Source: Octopus vulgaris
Lineage: Eukaryota
DNA: 64,000 nt
NCBI GenBank assembly: GCA_951406725.2
Contig: OX597820.1
Span: 61,380,001 to 61,444,000, forward strand
Direction: 5' to 3'
The number at the start of each line of letters is the position of its first letter. Positions within the stretch are counted from its first letter, which is position 1. A program made the position numbers and the translations under genes. Shown piece by piece: positions 36,798 through 51,236 of the stretch. The notes below the pieces were generated by a model. It saw nothing but the letters and a program-made list of their open reading frames with translations, searched no databases and was not told the origin of the DNA.

Positions 36798-39700
36798 TAA
36801 TTACTTTATATTACTTAGTGACTTTGGTGACCTGTCTCATATGTTTGCAACATTTGCGCCCCACTAAAAGCATCCAAGGGCAATATTGTGCCAATGGATC
36901 AAGACTAGTACTCAGAAACAACAATAGCCTGTCCATGACATTGAACCTAAATCCAACATGTTGTGAAGTGAACCTCTAGCACTTGTCTACACAATGAGAA
37001 ATTAATTAAGCTTTATTCAAAACAAACACAATCTTTTCAGCACAGAGTTTCAGCTAATTCTCTTTTAATTAAAATTTTCTTTTAAAATTTTATAGAAACA
37101 TAAACTATAATGTAAAGAAAAATATACAAATTTAATTTATTTCAAACCTAAAAAATTAACTTCAGTTTTATTATGGATCATGAATCACCTATTCATAAAG
37201 GATATTCTATTCAATACTTTTTGAAGAAAAAAAGTCTGTTAATGTTCATTTTACCCTAACACAATACTATTAACTTTTCTGAATAAATCTTTATGTTTCA
37301 GATTTATTCATTAGCCTCAGCTGTGTACAGACAAGAACAACCATTTATTTGATTAGCACGTCTTTCATGGATAACTTACTAATTACTATGAGCTATTTCT
37401 TCTTTTGAACCTTACTTTAATTATAGCTTAGTGAACTCCATTTCACAAGCTCAATCTCATTTGTAGCTGTAAGGTTACACTTAATCTTTTCCTCAGTATT
37501 TTATTGTGGTCTTCAAAGTATCAAAAACACTTTAATTTCATTATCTCCTCTTCTCTATAGTTACTTAATTCTTTTGAGGATTATACTGATAAAGGTGCAA
37601 TCAACATGGGATTTCACTGTTAATTGATTGCTTCGTTATAATCCATTTATTGAGAAACAGTTTACTTAAGCTTAAGAGAATATTTATTGAAGATTGCAAG
37701 TATCCACATGGTCGTGGTATAAAATAATGGGATGGATTTAATTATACAGCTAATATGCATGCACCCATGTCTAGAATCCAAACATGAATTTTATGTATGA
37801 AGAGATATGACACACACACACACACACGTTATAAATATTACATATATCATAAATATTTTTTATATTAGTTGGTTAGATAAGCAAAGTAAGAAAATTAACA
37901 AAGCTTAAAAATGTAAAAGTACCTAATACTTAATTCACACAAGGTGAAAGTTTCCTAAAAGGTTCTTGCAACTAAAATATTGGAAAACCATACACAGGCA
38001 TTGACAGGTAGTTAGGTTCATTTCACAGTCATGATTTCATAATTGAATTCCACTGAGCAGCTCTTTCAAGAATTCTTTATCAGTCTTAGACTGACACAAG
38101 CCCGGAGAATGAAAGTGTGTAGATGGAAACTACATAGAAGGCTGTTAGATTGACTGTACCTGTAAGTCTGGGTATGACATTAAACTGCATCCAGTAACAA
38201 GGCCCTAGATCAGAAGTTCCAGGGTTTGAGGAGTATGTGATCACCTTTTAGCCACTATTGCTCCCAGGTTTACACTGAACCTGAATAGACCTGAGTTCCA
38301 GCTAAGGGTTAATTAGCATATTAGAGCTTGCCCACCTTTGCATGTAAAGATTGGATCAAGCAGACTCTGAGGAAGAAACCTTAATGGTTCAACAGAGGGG
38401 AAGGCATCTGCAACAACACACTGTGGAGTGTAAGGAGCAAGATGAGGCAAGTAAGACAGTCTCATCATCAACTGCATCCATTTCCAGCCCCAGATATCTT
38501 GACCTGGTCTTGACATTCGATTGAAGATGGTCACAGATGTGAGAGTAAGGCTGAAGGTGCACAACTCTTTTTCCCTTTGGAAGACGTCACTGTACAAAGT
38601 CATCAATCATCCTTAAAGAAGATCAGATGGTCTTGTCACTCCAGTGGATGAACAAAAGAAAAAAAAGGACTTCTGAGTTTTTAGACCAGCCTTGTGAAAA
38701 ACTCAATTATGCTAATTTTTCTTAAGAATTATATTAATGAACAATATTCAACCACTTAAATTCACTGAGCAGGTAACTCAGTTGGTCAAAGAAATGGAAT
38801 AATCAACATCAAAACCAACAAAGGAGGCATTTCATTTTCAATTTATGCTAGTAGTTCAGCAAACTGGCAGAATTGTCGATGCACTGGTCAAAATGCTTAA
38901 TGGTATTTCTTCCAGGTCCAACCCTTTATGTTCTGAGTTCAAATCTCACCACAGTCAACTTTGCCTTTCATCCTTTTGGGGTCGATAATATCAGCACTAG
39001 TTGAGAACTTGGGTCAACATAATCAACTAACTCCCTAAAATAGCTGACTTTGTGCCAAAATTTGAAACATTTTTTATTACTAGAGCAGCATACACCAAAT
39101 TAAAAGGAGTCTACAGAGTTGTTAAAATGATTGTCAAATTCACTGAGTTAATAGTGAGGTGAGTGAGAGAGAACTGACTTCGTTTTATGTCATTAACAGT
39201 GAATCATGATAACACAAGAAAATCAAAGGAACAAAATCATATAAAATTTATGAATATATAAAAAGTAACAGTCAACTAACAAGTCTTCATTGGTTTGATT
39301 TCTATACTAGTGAACAGTTCGTAAAATTTTAATGTGTGTTCAGGGCTGGAAAGCAAAGTCAACCTCAGCAGCATTTGAACTCAGAATGAAAAGAGCCAGA
39401 AGAAATGCCACTAAGAATTTTTGCCAATGTGGTAACAATTCTGCCAGTTCAATACCTGTACTGCTAGTTTGTTTTTTTTTTTTTTTTTGTTTTTTTTGTT
39501 TTTTTGTTACTGAAACAAATAGTATGTTTCATTAGAAATATGGTCCTGAAAGAGTTAGCCTTTTCAGTATCCTACTTTATCAATTGACCACATGTTTTAA
39601 TTACTTTTTGAGAATAATCAAGAATTTTTAGTCACTAAAGTAAAATAACTAACATTCATTATGAGAGCAGTTTTTTTTTTTTCTTTTTTAACCACCCAAC

Positions 39701-41396
39701 AAAAATCTTCTTATATAAAATCATGGTGAAAAGCTTAAAATTATACTTCAAGACTTTAACATTAAATCAGAGAACCAGATGCATAGACAGACCGTCTTCA
39801 TTTTCCTTCATGGTTTCATAACATCATGCTCCAGATGATGCTGTTTAGTTAAAACTAGTCACAGATTCTTCACTGTTTTAAATAACAGCTATTAATGTTC
39901 TCTTAGAATTTCTGATTCAATATGACACTTAAAAACATAGTAGAACACTATAATCATAAATAATGTTGTCAACCAGTTATTGTTATCAAAAGTTGTGGGC
40001 CGCAAACTTTTTATTTGTTTAGTGTTATCAAAAAGGTTTTATATCAAAGTGATCACAATAAGCAGCTTCCTCTGTATTTTGAAATTGATATTTATTTTCT
40101 CTTGACAACTATTTTAGTTTTCATCTGATCTATGTTATGTCAGTATGTAATCAAAGGTCAGCCCTGACTGAGCTGAGACCTGATAAAGGCATTCCAGCAA
40201 TAACCATCCCATCATTTTTTCACAGACATTGTCCACTCCAGACTACATTATTCAAGGTGCACTACTGTTTTTAAGATACTAGGATGCGATATCATTGTGA
40301 CTTTCCTATTTTGAACAGGCTGATTGACAATACAGAAGCTGAGTCATCGGCTCATGACGTCTATATTCTTGTTGCTTAGACTGAGTTCAGCTTTGACTGA
40401 ACAGATTTACAACCAGAGTCACTCCTACTGTGACCATCCCATCAATTTTGGTTAATCTATAACTACATTATACAATGTGTCTTTCCTTAACTGAGTCAGC
40501 AGGGTGTGATTTCAAGGTTATTTGACTGCTATTTTTAGCACGTCACAGAATCATGTAAAGGTAAAAACAAAACAGAAAGGGATAGTGTTTTTTAATGCTA
40601 AAGTGGGTTGGATCATTCCAAACAAGTGCTCAGACTGATAAAACATATTTTACAGCTCAACAGACTTAAATACACAGCATAAAACTAGCTATTGGAGACC
40701 TGTCTGTTGAACAGACAAACACTAGTGTAACACACCTTAGTATTTCGTACACTACCATTGTTGAGAATGATACGTAACAGAAATGACTAAAATTATCTGC
40801 CATAATAAAAAAGCATTAAGTTGAAATTTATTTCATATATTATCACAAGTAATCAGCAACTATGGAAACTGTGCTGTACACCTAAAGTGACACACAGATA
40901 TTATATCTGATTTATACATATATACATACACGCACACATGTTTGTGTATATGTGTATTGTGGGTGCACATACCTATAAATACACCGTGCATATTTATTTA
41001 TAAACACATCAATGAAGAAGCCTATGGAAGTGCTTGACCTGCCTGATATGACAGCCAATTCTTTTTAAATCACCCGCTAACAACTTAAAGAAAGAATATA
41101 TTGGTTAACATAATTTTACATATCCCTAAAAAAAACACGATGGTCACACCTGGAACTGATCATAGGTCTTCTCTATCACCATTATCCAGGAGTTAACAAA
41201 CAACATATACACACTATATATATATATGTACATACAAATATATATATGTATGTACATACACACACACAGAGGTGTGACTATGAAGTTTGCTTCTCAACCT
41301 CATGGTTCCAGGTTCTGTCCCACTGGCACACTGGGCAAGCTATAGACTGACTAAAGCCTTGTGAGCTATTATGGTAGATGGAAAATGAAAGAAGCT

Positions 41397-41435
<39 letters not shown>

Positions 41436-41579
41436 TCATTAACATCGTTTAATGTCCGTTTTCCATGCTAGCATGGGTGAGCCTGGGGCAGCCTTCTGGC
41501 TCGCCAACACTCAGTCAAACCATCAGACCCATGCCAGCATGGAAAGCGGACGTTAAACAACGATGATGATGATGATGAA

Positions 41580-41610
<31 letters not shown>

Positions 41611-41779
41611 GGTGGGTTTTTTTCTAATATTTTATATATTTATTATATTGTGTGGAATTTGATTTAGTATTTCTAAATTGAATTCTTTTTCCTTGTAAGT
41701 TTGGATTTGATTCCCTCAAATAATATTTATAATATATATGTGTGTGTATATATATATATATATATCATCATCATCATCA

Positions 41780-42178
41780 TCAGACACGTGCCGTCAGTAA
41801 TTACTCAGGATAGGCAGTTGGCGACCTTTATGTAGTAAAACACACAAAAAATAAGTGAAACACAGGCGCACGACTGAGCTTAAGGCAGATCTACTTCTGC
41901 CTTTATAGCACATAAAGAAAATGGTGTTATAGAAATGTACACAGTAGGTGTACTACAGCAGTAATATGTGCAGCTTAAATACTGAGATTGAAAACCAGGG
42001 CAAATTATGCCTACCTAATCCACAAAAAATAAAACATTTCACATTTTATGCACAGTAATCAGACTAACCTTCATAATTTTATTGAATTAGAGGCATATTT
42101 TGCCATGAGAGGAAAATGTTGCTATCGATCAATTTTATTCAACTGCCTACCTTTCCTACCTAGGCGGCACAACCCTGA
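41780..42178 (+). mobile_element. Non-autonomous DNA transposon, same family as 817-1340
   Basis: Termini CAGACACGTGCCG / CGGCACAACCCTG, with internal homology to 817-1340. Confidence 0.6.
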
Positions 42179-43352
42179 CATATATGTATCATCATCATCG
42201 TTTAACGTCCACTTTCCACACTAGCATGGGTTGGACGATTTGACAGAGGACTGGCAAACCAGAAAGCTGTACCAGGCTCCAGTCTTGATCTGGCAGAGTT
42301 TCTACAGCTGGTTGCCCTTCCTAACGCCAACCACTCCGAGAGTGAAGTGGGTGCCTTTACGTGCCACCAGCACAAGGGCCAGTCAAGCGGTACTGGCAAT
42401 GGCCTAGCTCAAATGGAGTTTTTTACGTGCCACCTGCACAGGAGTCAGTCAACAGCACTGGCAACGACCTTGCTCGAATGATTTTTCACGTGCCACTGGC
42501 ACAAATGCCAGTAAGGCGACGCTGGTAACGATCATGCTCGAATGGTGCTTTTTACGTGATATATATACATAGCTCTGAAGTATATTGTACTTTTTAATAT
42601 GTCTATAAAGAATTTTTTCATGGATGAAAAACTGCAGCTTCTGGCTTTTCAAAAACACCTTTTAAATAAATTATATAGCATAAGATAAGATTTCACTCTA
42701 AAGCTACTTCCAGTACATAATACAAATTTTATTCTGCTTATGCACTATAGTTTATACACCAACTCTATATACTTCAGACTAGATGATTCAATGTTGTTTC
42801 AGAAGTGACAAGAGTACATGACATAGACAAGCTGCAGCAACAGTGAAATACATAGCTGTTGCTCTCACAGTCACTTCTCGGATGATTTCATTTTACCTAG
42901 CACTGAACTATTTTTTTTTTTAACACACTGTACTTACAAAGGGATTTTCTGAGAAGAAAAATCACAGCTTCTAGCTTTTCAACAACACAAAAACAGTAAC
43001 CCTAACCCTATGCTATACAGAATAAGATTTTTCTCTAGAGTTGCTTCTAATGCATAATTTGAATTTGTATATTAGAAGGAGCAAGAGAGTGAGTGTGTGT
43101 GTGTGTGTGTGTGTGTCCTTGTCTTGATATTACATGACTATTGTAAATGAATGCTATTAAATTTCCAATATTCTGTGAACACATGTCTGGCTATGGGGTA
43201 ATATTACCCAGCTTGAAAACAGCTTGAAAAAGGAGTTGGCGAAAGGGCATTAGCTCATACAAAATCTGCATCAGTAAATTCTGTCCAACTTATGCAAGCA
43301 TGGAAATGTGGTTGTAAAACAATGATGATATGTGTAATATATATATATGTGT

Positions 43353-43905
43353 AGTGAAGGCGCATGGCTCAGTGGTTAGAGCATCAAGCTTATGGTTGTG
43401 AGGTTGTGAGTTCGAATCCCAGACCGGGCTGCGTGTTGTGTTCTTGAGCAAGACATTTTATTTCACGTTGCTCCAGTTCACTCAGCTGTAGAAATGAGTT
43501 GCGACATCACAGGTGCAAAGCTGTACCGGTCCCTTTGCTTTTCCCTTGGATAACACTGGTGGCATGGATAGGGGAGGCCAGTATGCATGGGGCGAGCTGG
43601 CAGAAACGTTAGCGCGCCAGGTGAAATGCTTAGCGGTATTTCGTCTGCCATTACGTTCTGAGTTCAAATTCCGCCGAGGTCGATTAAATAAGTACCAGTC
43701 ACGCACTGGGGTCAATGTAATTGACTTAATACCTATGTCTGTCCTTGTTTGTCCCATCTATGTTTAGCCCCTTGTGGGTAATAAAGAAATAGGTATGCAT
43801 GGGGCGACTGCTGGTCTTCCATAAACAACCTTGCCCGGATTTGTGCCTGGGAGGGTAACTTTCTAGGTGCAATCCCATGGTCAGTCATGACCAAAGGGGG
43901 TTTCA
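43353..43905 (+). mobile_element. tRNA-derived SINE (family E) with a nested family B SINE
   Basis: A box TGGCTCAGTGG, B box GAGTTCGAATCCC, then TTCTTGAGCAAG. The nested copy is flanked by the 15-bp TSD GTATGCATGGGGCGA (43581-43595, 43793-43807). Confidence 0.8.
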
Positions 43906-46900
43906 GCATATATATGTATGTGTGTGTGTGTGTTTATTATAGGCACAGGTATGGTTATAAGGTTTGCCTCCAAACCACATGGTTCTGGGCTCAGTTCAAC
44001 TGCATGACACCTTGAGCAAGTGTCTTCTATTATAACCTCAGGCTGAGCAAAGCCTTGTGAGTGGATTTGATAGATGGAAACTGAAAGAAACTTGTCATGT
44101 GTGTGTGTGTGTGGCTTTATGTCTATGTTTGTCTTCTACCACTGTTTGACAACCAGTGTTAGTGCATTCACACACCCACGACTTAGCATTTTGGCAAAAT
44201 GAACTGACAGAATAAGTACCAGGCTTGAAAAAAAAAAATAAGTACCGGGGTTGATTCATTCAACTAAAAGTTCTTCAAGGCAGTGCCCCAGCATGGCCGT
44301 AGTCTAATAATTGAAACAAGTAAAAGACAAAAGATATGTACATATAGTTTAAAGTCTCTGAAGCCTTGGTTTCTACAGTGTTTAAGAAACTCAGAGTACA
44401 AGAAACACTTCCAAACAGGATACCAGTCTGCTACAGAAGTAATGACTGGAACACATTGTTCAGATAAATGAACTAAAGCAATACAAAGTCAAGTGCCTTC
44501 CTCAATGACACAACACACTGCCCTGGTCCAATAACTGAACCCAGAAACTAATGATTGTTAACCGAACACCCAAACCACAACATCTCTTCATATACACACA
44601 CATGACAGTCAACACGGGTGTGTGTGTGTGTGTGTGTGTATGTGTGCATGCATGCTTATTTGAACTCAACGCAATGATATATTAAATAAGTTCAAATTCT
44701 GTCTGCAATACATTTGACCTTTAACAGCTATTACAAGTCGGGAGAGTAGCCTGCACCATTGAAGGTGTTCCATTGAATTTAGTTGTTTCTGAGTCAATAA
44801 TTATGTGATTACTAATGATGCATCAATCTCCCTATTTTAGAGATCCAGTACTGAATGGCAATTTGACAGGACTATATTTGTATATGTCTATGTGTGTAAT
44901 AGAGGAGGCACATGGCCTAGTGGTTAGAGCAGTGGACTCGCAGTCGAGGGATCACGGGTTCAAATCTCAGACCAGGCAATGAGTGAAATACCTAAGCTCC
45001 ATGCAGCTCCGGCAGAAGGTAATGGCAAACTTCTGCTGACTCTTTCATTACAACTTTCTCTCACTCTTTCCTCCTGCATCTTGCAGCTCACCTGCGATGG
45101 ACCGACGTCCCTTCCAGGTGGGGAACCTATACACCAAGGAAACCGGCCCTTATGAGCCAGGCATGGCTCGAGAAGGAACAAACAACAATGTGTGTAATAA
45201 ATAAATCATAGACAAATGATTGATGTTACACAGGATATCTATCTATACCTGCTAGGAAGGAAAAGTAAGTTCATCTGCAAATCATTATAGATATATTACA
45301 AGATCAAATGAATATCAAACTAGGATGGACAAAGGGAATAAGCATTCAAAAATATATAAGCTTTTACATATATAATTTAGTTACAGCTAGGAAACTTAAA
45401 AGAGTATCTGCAGAGTGAGCCATTGTGTTATTGGTTCATATCCTGTTAGTTGCTTTGCTCCCTGTCTGTGTCAAAGACAAGTCTTTTTATTTGTCCATGT
45501 TTAGTCCTAGGTTGGACCTAATCAAATAGAGCTATAATTAGAAACATTCAAGCCATAAACAATGCTTTTTTTTTTATCTACTTTGCAGTTGTTCTTTGGA
45601 CTACATAATCCATTATGCACAGATAGATTTGGCTGATATTTTTAGCAACTTGAGTGACTACACAAAGGTTCCTTCACAGACTCAACTAATGTAGATGAGT
45701 AATGTATTTATATTCCAACATTATTTTAATAGCTATAATCTAATTTTATTACGTGTAGACCTTATAGTACAATAATGGAAAGCCTCCATATATGAAATAT
45801 AAGTTACATTCTTGTTAGTCCTCAATGAGACTAAATAACAATATAACATTTAACACATGCAGCCCACCAAAAAAGTCAGTGCATAAGTTAAAGTGCAGAT
45901 CAAAGTTCACAAGTTATCTTAAACAATAAGAGTATGACATTTATTTAAAACTGAAGCTTTATGCAGGAAACAAGGAGGTCTTTAAGATTCTGACTAATGG
46001 TTGCACGTAAACTCTGAAACAATCAAATTATCAAAACTAACTTATTTTAGAGTTATTGTATTTCAAAATCAACCCCACTTACGTTAATAATATTAAAATC
46101 CTCACATATTGGGATTTCTTTCTACATTTTATTTTTCTCCTATACATTTTTTTGTTCAATGTATATTTTTCCATGCTAACATAAGTTAGATAGAAGCAGT
46201 GTCTAAGGCAGCTGGATGTTCTTCCTGCCACCAACCTTTGTTTTCACGTAAAGGATTTTTATACATTCCAGAGGAATTCAAAAGTACAGAGCTAGCAAAC
46301 AGTATGTTGACAAGAAACACCAACAAACATCACTGGTGGCAGCTCAATTACAACACTATTTGCAACTTAACTACAGACTCTCTCTCTCTCTTTACTCTTT
46401 TACTTGTTTCAGTCATTTGACTGTGGCCATGCTGGAGCATCACCTTTTAGTCAAGCAAATCGACCCCAGGACTTATTCTTTGGAAGCCTAGTACTTATTC
46501 TATCAATCTCTTTTGCTAAACCATTAAGTTATGGGGACGTAAACATACCACCATCGGTTGTCAAGCAATGTTAGGGGGACAAACACAGACACACAAACAT
46601 ATACACACACATACATATATATGTATACATATATACGATGGGCTTCTTTCAGTTTCCGTCAACTAAATCCACTCACAAGGCTTTGGTTGGCTTGAGGCTA
46701 TAGTAGAAGACACTTGTCCAAGGTGCCATGCAGTGGGAATGAACCCGGAACCATGTGGTTGGTAAGCAAGCTACTTATCACAAAGCCATATATAATATAT
46801 ATATATAATATATTCATTCTTCAATGAATATATTATATAGAATATTGTAATATATCAAACATTTTTATTGAGTTAGTAAACAGAGATCTAATGGACACAA

Positions 46901-49332
46901 ATTAATCTATTAATTAATCCATAGCGGTAAGGTCAACAAAAACAAAGTATTTAATCTGGTGAGCGATAAATATTATTTAATAAACACAATATGTTTTTAT
47001 GTGCTACTATTAGTTTCATGTGCTAAGAGCATGCCAAACCAGTGTTTTTTAACACATCTGGTGTCCTAGCGCAATCATCAGAAACTGCCCACATGGCAGA
47101 AAGAATGAACAAACAAACGTACATACGTACATACATACAGACAGACAGACATAGCCATGGATATACAAAGAGCCAGGATCATCATGGCTGGAATGCTTTT
47201 GATCATAGGTCTGCTTTATAAAAGAAGACAAAGCTAAACAACAAAAGTAATAAAATCATTTATGCCTATAATTACCATCTTTAATTAGAAAAAAAAATCT
47301 TTGTCCAAGTAACATAACCCTTTCATAAACACTATATTTCTAGTATGGTGCCTTTCATCAAACTACACCTACTTACTAATAGAAAGTAGATTTTCAGAAA
47401 TATAAAGACATACAAACTATATCCCCTATCTTCTAAAAGATAACATCATTGATTAATCCAATTAATGACCAATTAATATTACTATAAATTTATGTAAGAC
47501 ACTACAGATAATTATAAGCAAGCATATAATCACCTGGAATTTTATCTAATTCTTGGTGAAAATGTGATAAGATTTACTAAAATTTCAGATTTAATGGTAA
47601 TATACCATAAAATGCTACATATTAGTGATCCCTTCACTTAAAAATGAAAAAAATAAACTTTGGCAGAAGCTATGTTCATGTCAGTAAACCCCATCAGTAT
47701 ATATTTAGGGTCAATCCTTAATACAATTTTGACAATTGAGTAATTGTTACCAATGCCAAAATCCCAACATCGCACAGCTGAAAAAGCAAAAATCATTGTT
47801 CATGGACAAGCTAACCATCATTTCTAAGGCTCAAAGAAGAACAACCTTCAAATTATAGGAAATCAAAGTGGGACAACTGATTATAGAGATCATAGGAACA
47901 AGAGCTTGTATGAAGAAATTCTATTTAGGTAATTTTCCTTATGTGCAAAGTACAGCCTTTTTCCTACAAGGACAGGCTTAGGTCTTAGGTCTATTCATCA
48001 TCATCATCATCAATGTTTAACATCCGCTTTCTATGCTGGCATGGGTTGGACGGTTTGACTGGGGGCTGGCGAGCTTAAAGGCTGCACCAATTCATTATTC
48101 ATAAAAAATAAGGTATGTGACGCCTTGCAGCTCAAGAAGACCTGCCATGGTGCTGGTGCCACATAAAAGCACCCAGTATACTCTGTGGAGTGATTGGTAT
48201 TAGAAAGGGCATCCAGTCATAGAAACCATGCCATATCAGGCAATGGAGCCTGGTGTGGCCCCTGGTCTTATTAGCTCCAGTTAAACCGTCCAAGCTAGGG
48301 TGGAAAATGGACATTAAATGATGATGAAGGTAAGAAAGTCAAAAACTTTTATCGACTATTTAATATAATCTGATTCCTATGTATATGTCATTTTTAATCC
48401 AAGGCTCTAAGGATACGCAGAATACCTTGCTACAATCCCTACATGTGTCATAGGGATGTTATTATGATGTACTTGAGTACCACACGACCTGGACCTTTAA
48501 TAAAGGCACACAGTACTAGATTTAATCTAAACTATGATATGAATGTTTATTAATCTGTATCTAAGTTGTGCACAACAGGGATAAGACTTCTTGTCATTAG
48601 ACATTTTGAGTTTTCCTTTATTTAAGGAAAAATTTAAGTCTGATTCATGACAAGGGTATTTTAGTAAAAAACAAGTAAATTTTGATAACCAAACAGAACA
48701 TGAGGACAGACCCTCCCAACTAGGACATAAGGTAAGTCTATTCATGAATACTTCTTAGCTAAAGCCCAAACAAACCTTTACGTATGCCATGTACCAATCA
48801 TCTCTTTACAGTCTTCAGATAAAACTGTACTGAGATGAAATTTTATAGCCAGTGTCAAAAACCATAAAGGTTACATAACAAAGTAGTTATGTACCTGTAA
48901 ACTATACAGTGTTTATGTCCTCAACACAGATTATTGTTTTCATATCCAAAACAGTACACCTGTCTTATCATAGAAAATCACCAAGCCCTTTATTATACAC
49001 TTCCTATAACCTCGTGTATATCTTTGTTTGAATGGTGTCCACATTTCACAACTGCTATTCTCACTAACTATTTCTGTCCTCTGGAACAAAGATGGATAGT
49101 TGCAACAGCAGCAGCAGCACCAAAAACTTGCTTTCCATTTAATAATTAAAGAGAACAGTTTCTCATTGCCTTCTCCAAGCCTATGGAGCAATGCAAATTA
49201 ACAAAGCAATTATCAATTATATCGTTAAATGATGATGATTATGATGATAGTGTCAGCATTGCCTACAGGAAAAACTAGCTCACTGACTCAGCCGAGTATG
49301 ACTCTTAGAAACACACAAACATACACCCGCCC

Positions 49333-49383
<51 letters not shown>

Positions 49384-49842
49384 CACACACATACACACTA
49401 AATATGTATGTACCACGTTCTAATTAATATATAACGCAGTGTATAATGTATATATCAAATTTAGTGATATATTACTCAAAAGTTAATTAAACGTACGTAT
49501 GAAAGAATGTGAATTTGTGATGTTCATTCATTTCCGAATGACACAAGTAAATTGAAATAGTTTTAGCTGGGAACGAAAACTAGGTGATTCGGTTCACCGA
49601 GTACTCGATGTCACAGGGGCTCGCCATGTATACAGACATGTGTTTGTGTGCGCGTGTACGTGAGCGCGTGTCAGGGACACTGAGAATATCCGTATATGAA
49701 TATATTTACTTTTCGGTAGAAGAATTAACTAAGGGTGTATAAAACCACACAAAGGAGTAAAGTTAAGTTACGGGGAAGATCCAACAACTCAATGTTAAAT
49801 AAAAAGAAATACATGATTTAAACAAATTTGAAGTCTACCCCG

Positions 49843-49935
49843 CTATGGTGTCACTTTACAAGAATAAGTGGGCGGTTCTTTAACATGACCAGGGCACTCT
49901 TGCAAAATGTAACTTAACGGATTATATAATTCCAT
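49843..49935 (-). CDS. Candidate 30-aa upstream ORF / micropeptide MELYNPLSYILQECPGHVKEPPTYSCKVTP
   Basis: Strong start context ATAAAATGG, non-repetitive codons between microsatellites, and a TAG followed 4 nt later by a possible donor GG|GTAGAC. Confidence 0.35.
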   Translation of the reverse strand: MELYNPLSYILQECPGHVKEPPTYSCKVTP

Positions 49936-49990
49936 TTTATGGGAAATAAGCCGAAATGTTATATGTACACGAATGTGTGTCCGTGCGCGT

Positions 49991-50047
<57 letters not shown>

Positions 50048-50294
50048 CATACATAAAGATTACGCAAGCATGTATATCTATTGCGGTTTAAGCATACGTG
50101 TGTGTGTGTGTGTGCAAACGGCGCGTGTGTGAGCGTTCGCGAGCGCGCTGAAAGTGTCTGAACTTTCATTCATCTGGAACAATTAACAGATTTTAGACAA
50201 ATGAAACGTTTCATCAAAAAGATGTTTATCATTAAGGTAGAAGCGTCTCTGTGACTGAATTCGACATTTTTGTTTGTAATAATAAATCAACAAT

Positions 50295-50452
50295 GACAGA
50301 CGACAACGATGATGATGATGACGATGATGATGCAGTAGACTACTACTACGACGACGACGATGATGGTAATGATGATGATGATGATGATGCAGTAGACTAC
50401 TACTGCGACGATGATGATGATGATGCAGTAGACTACTACTGCGGCGATGATG
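50295..50452. repeat. Compound (GAT/GAC)n microsatellite with three copies of GATGATGCAGTAGACTACTACT
   Basis: Seen directly. It explains the poly-Asp, poly-His and poly-Ile ORFs. Confidence 0.9.
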
Positions 50453-51189
50453 ACAGGAACAATGCAATTGGAGGAGAGGTTTGAAATTATTACTCTCGGA
50501 AAATTCATGTAATGTATGCCACATCGTCGCAGCTACTTCGACCCAAACTCAAGATTTCTGTGTTTCATTATGAAATTATCACCATTAATGTTATTCAATT
50601 AAAAGTTCCAAAGAGATTGGGAGACAGAAGTGGGAGGGGAGTGAGAGCTGAATAATAAAAAAATTTCAACTTCATCTTGAAACAAAGGAAAAATAATTGA
50701 TTAAATTTTAGCGAAAAATTAATTAATTAATTAAAGTAAGTGCTATTAAGATGGAAAATATAAATATTTAACACTCGAAATATTCATCGATAAATAAAAG
50801 ATTTTAAAAAATCATTACAAAAATATGTTTTTAAAAAAAATATAATTTACAATATGTGACAGAAAAATATGAGGCTGAGACAGTGGGTGGGAGAGAACAC
50901 GGGAAAAGAAAACAAAGAGTGCATATTGCATATATGTGCATGCCTGTGTGTTTGTATGTGTGTGTGTGTATTGCGCGAATGTGTGCAGTAGTATCAGACA
51001 AATCCATTGAGTAATGCGATCGATCATAGGAAGCGAAACACCTCAAAATTAAACAAAGCCTAGAATCATGGTGAAACAGTAAAAACAGCAGTGGTTGTGA
51101 ACAGAATTGTATTTCAGATGCTTGCCAATGCACCCATCATACGCTCGCGCACGCATACACACACACATACAGATAAACGCCTTTATATA

Positions 51190-51236
<47 letters not shown>

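Noticed and set aside
42997-43010. TAACCCTAACCCTA as a telomerase template or interstitial telomere
   Set aside because: Only about two repeat units, with no adjacent telomerase-RNA structure evident.
48940-49191. Minus-strand ORF with a poly-Cys run and possible acceptor CCATAG|G at 49181
   Set aside because: The run comes from a (CAG)n repeat. No convincing donor or protein similarity was found. It could still be a non-coding leader exon, but this is unsupported.
50183-50524. His-rich, Asp-rich and Ile/Val-rich ORFs
   Set aside because: All are translations of one compound (GAT)n microsatellite.
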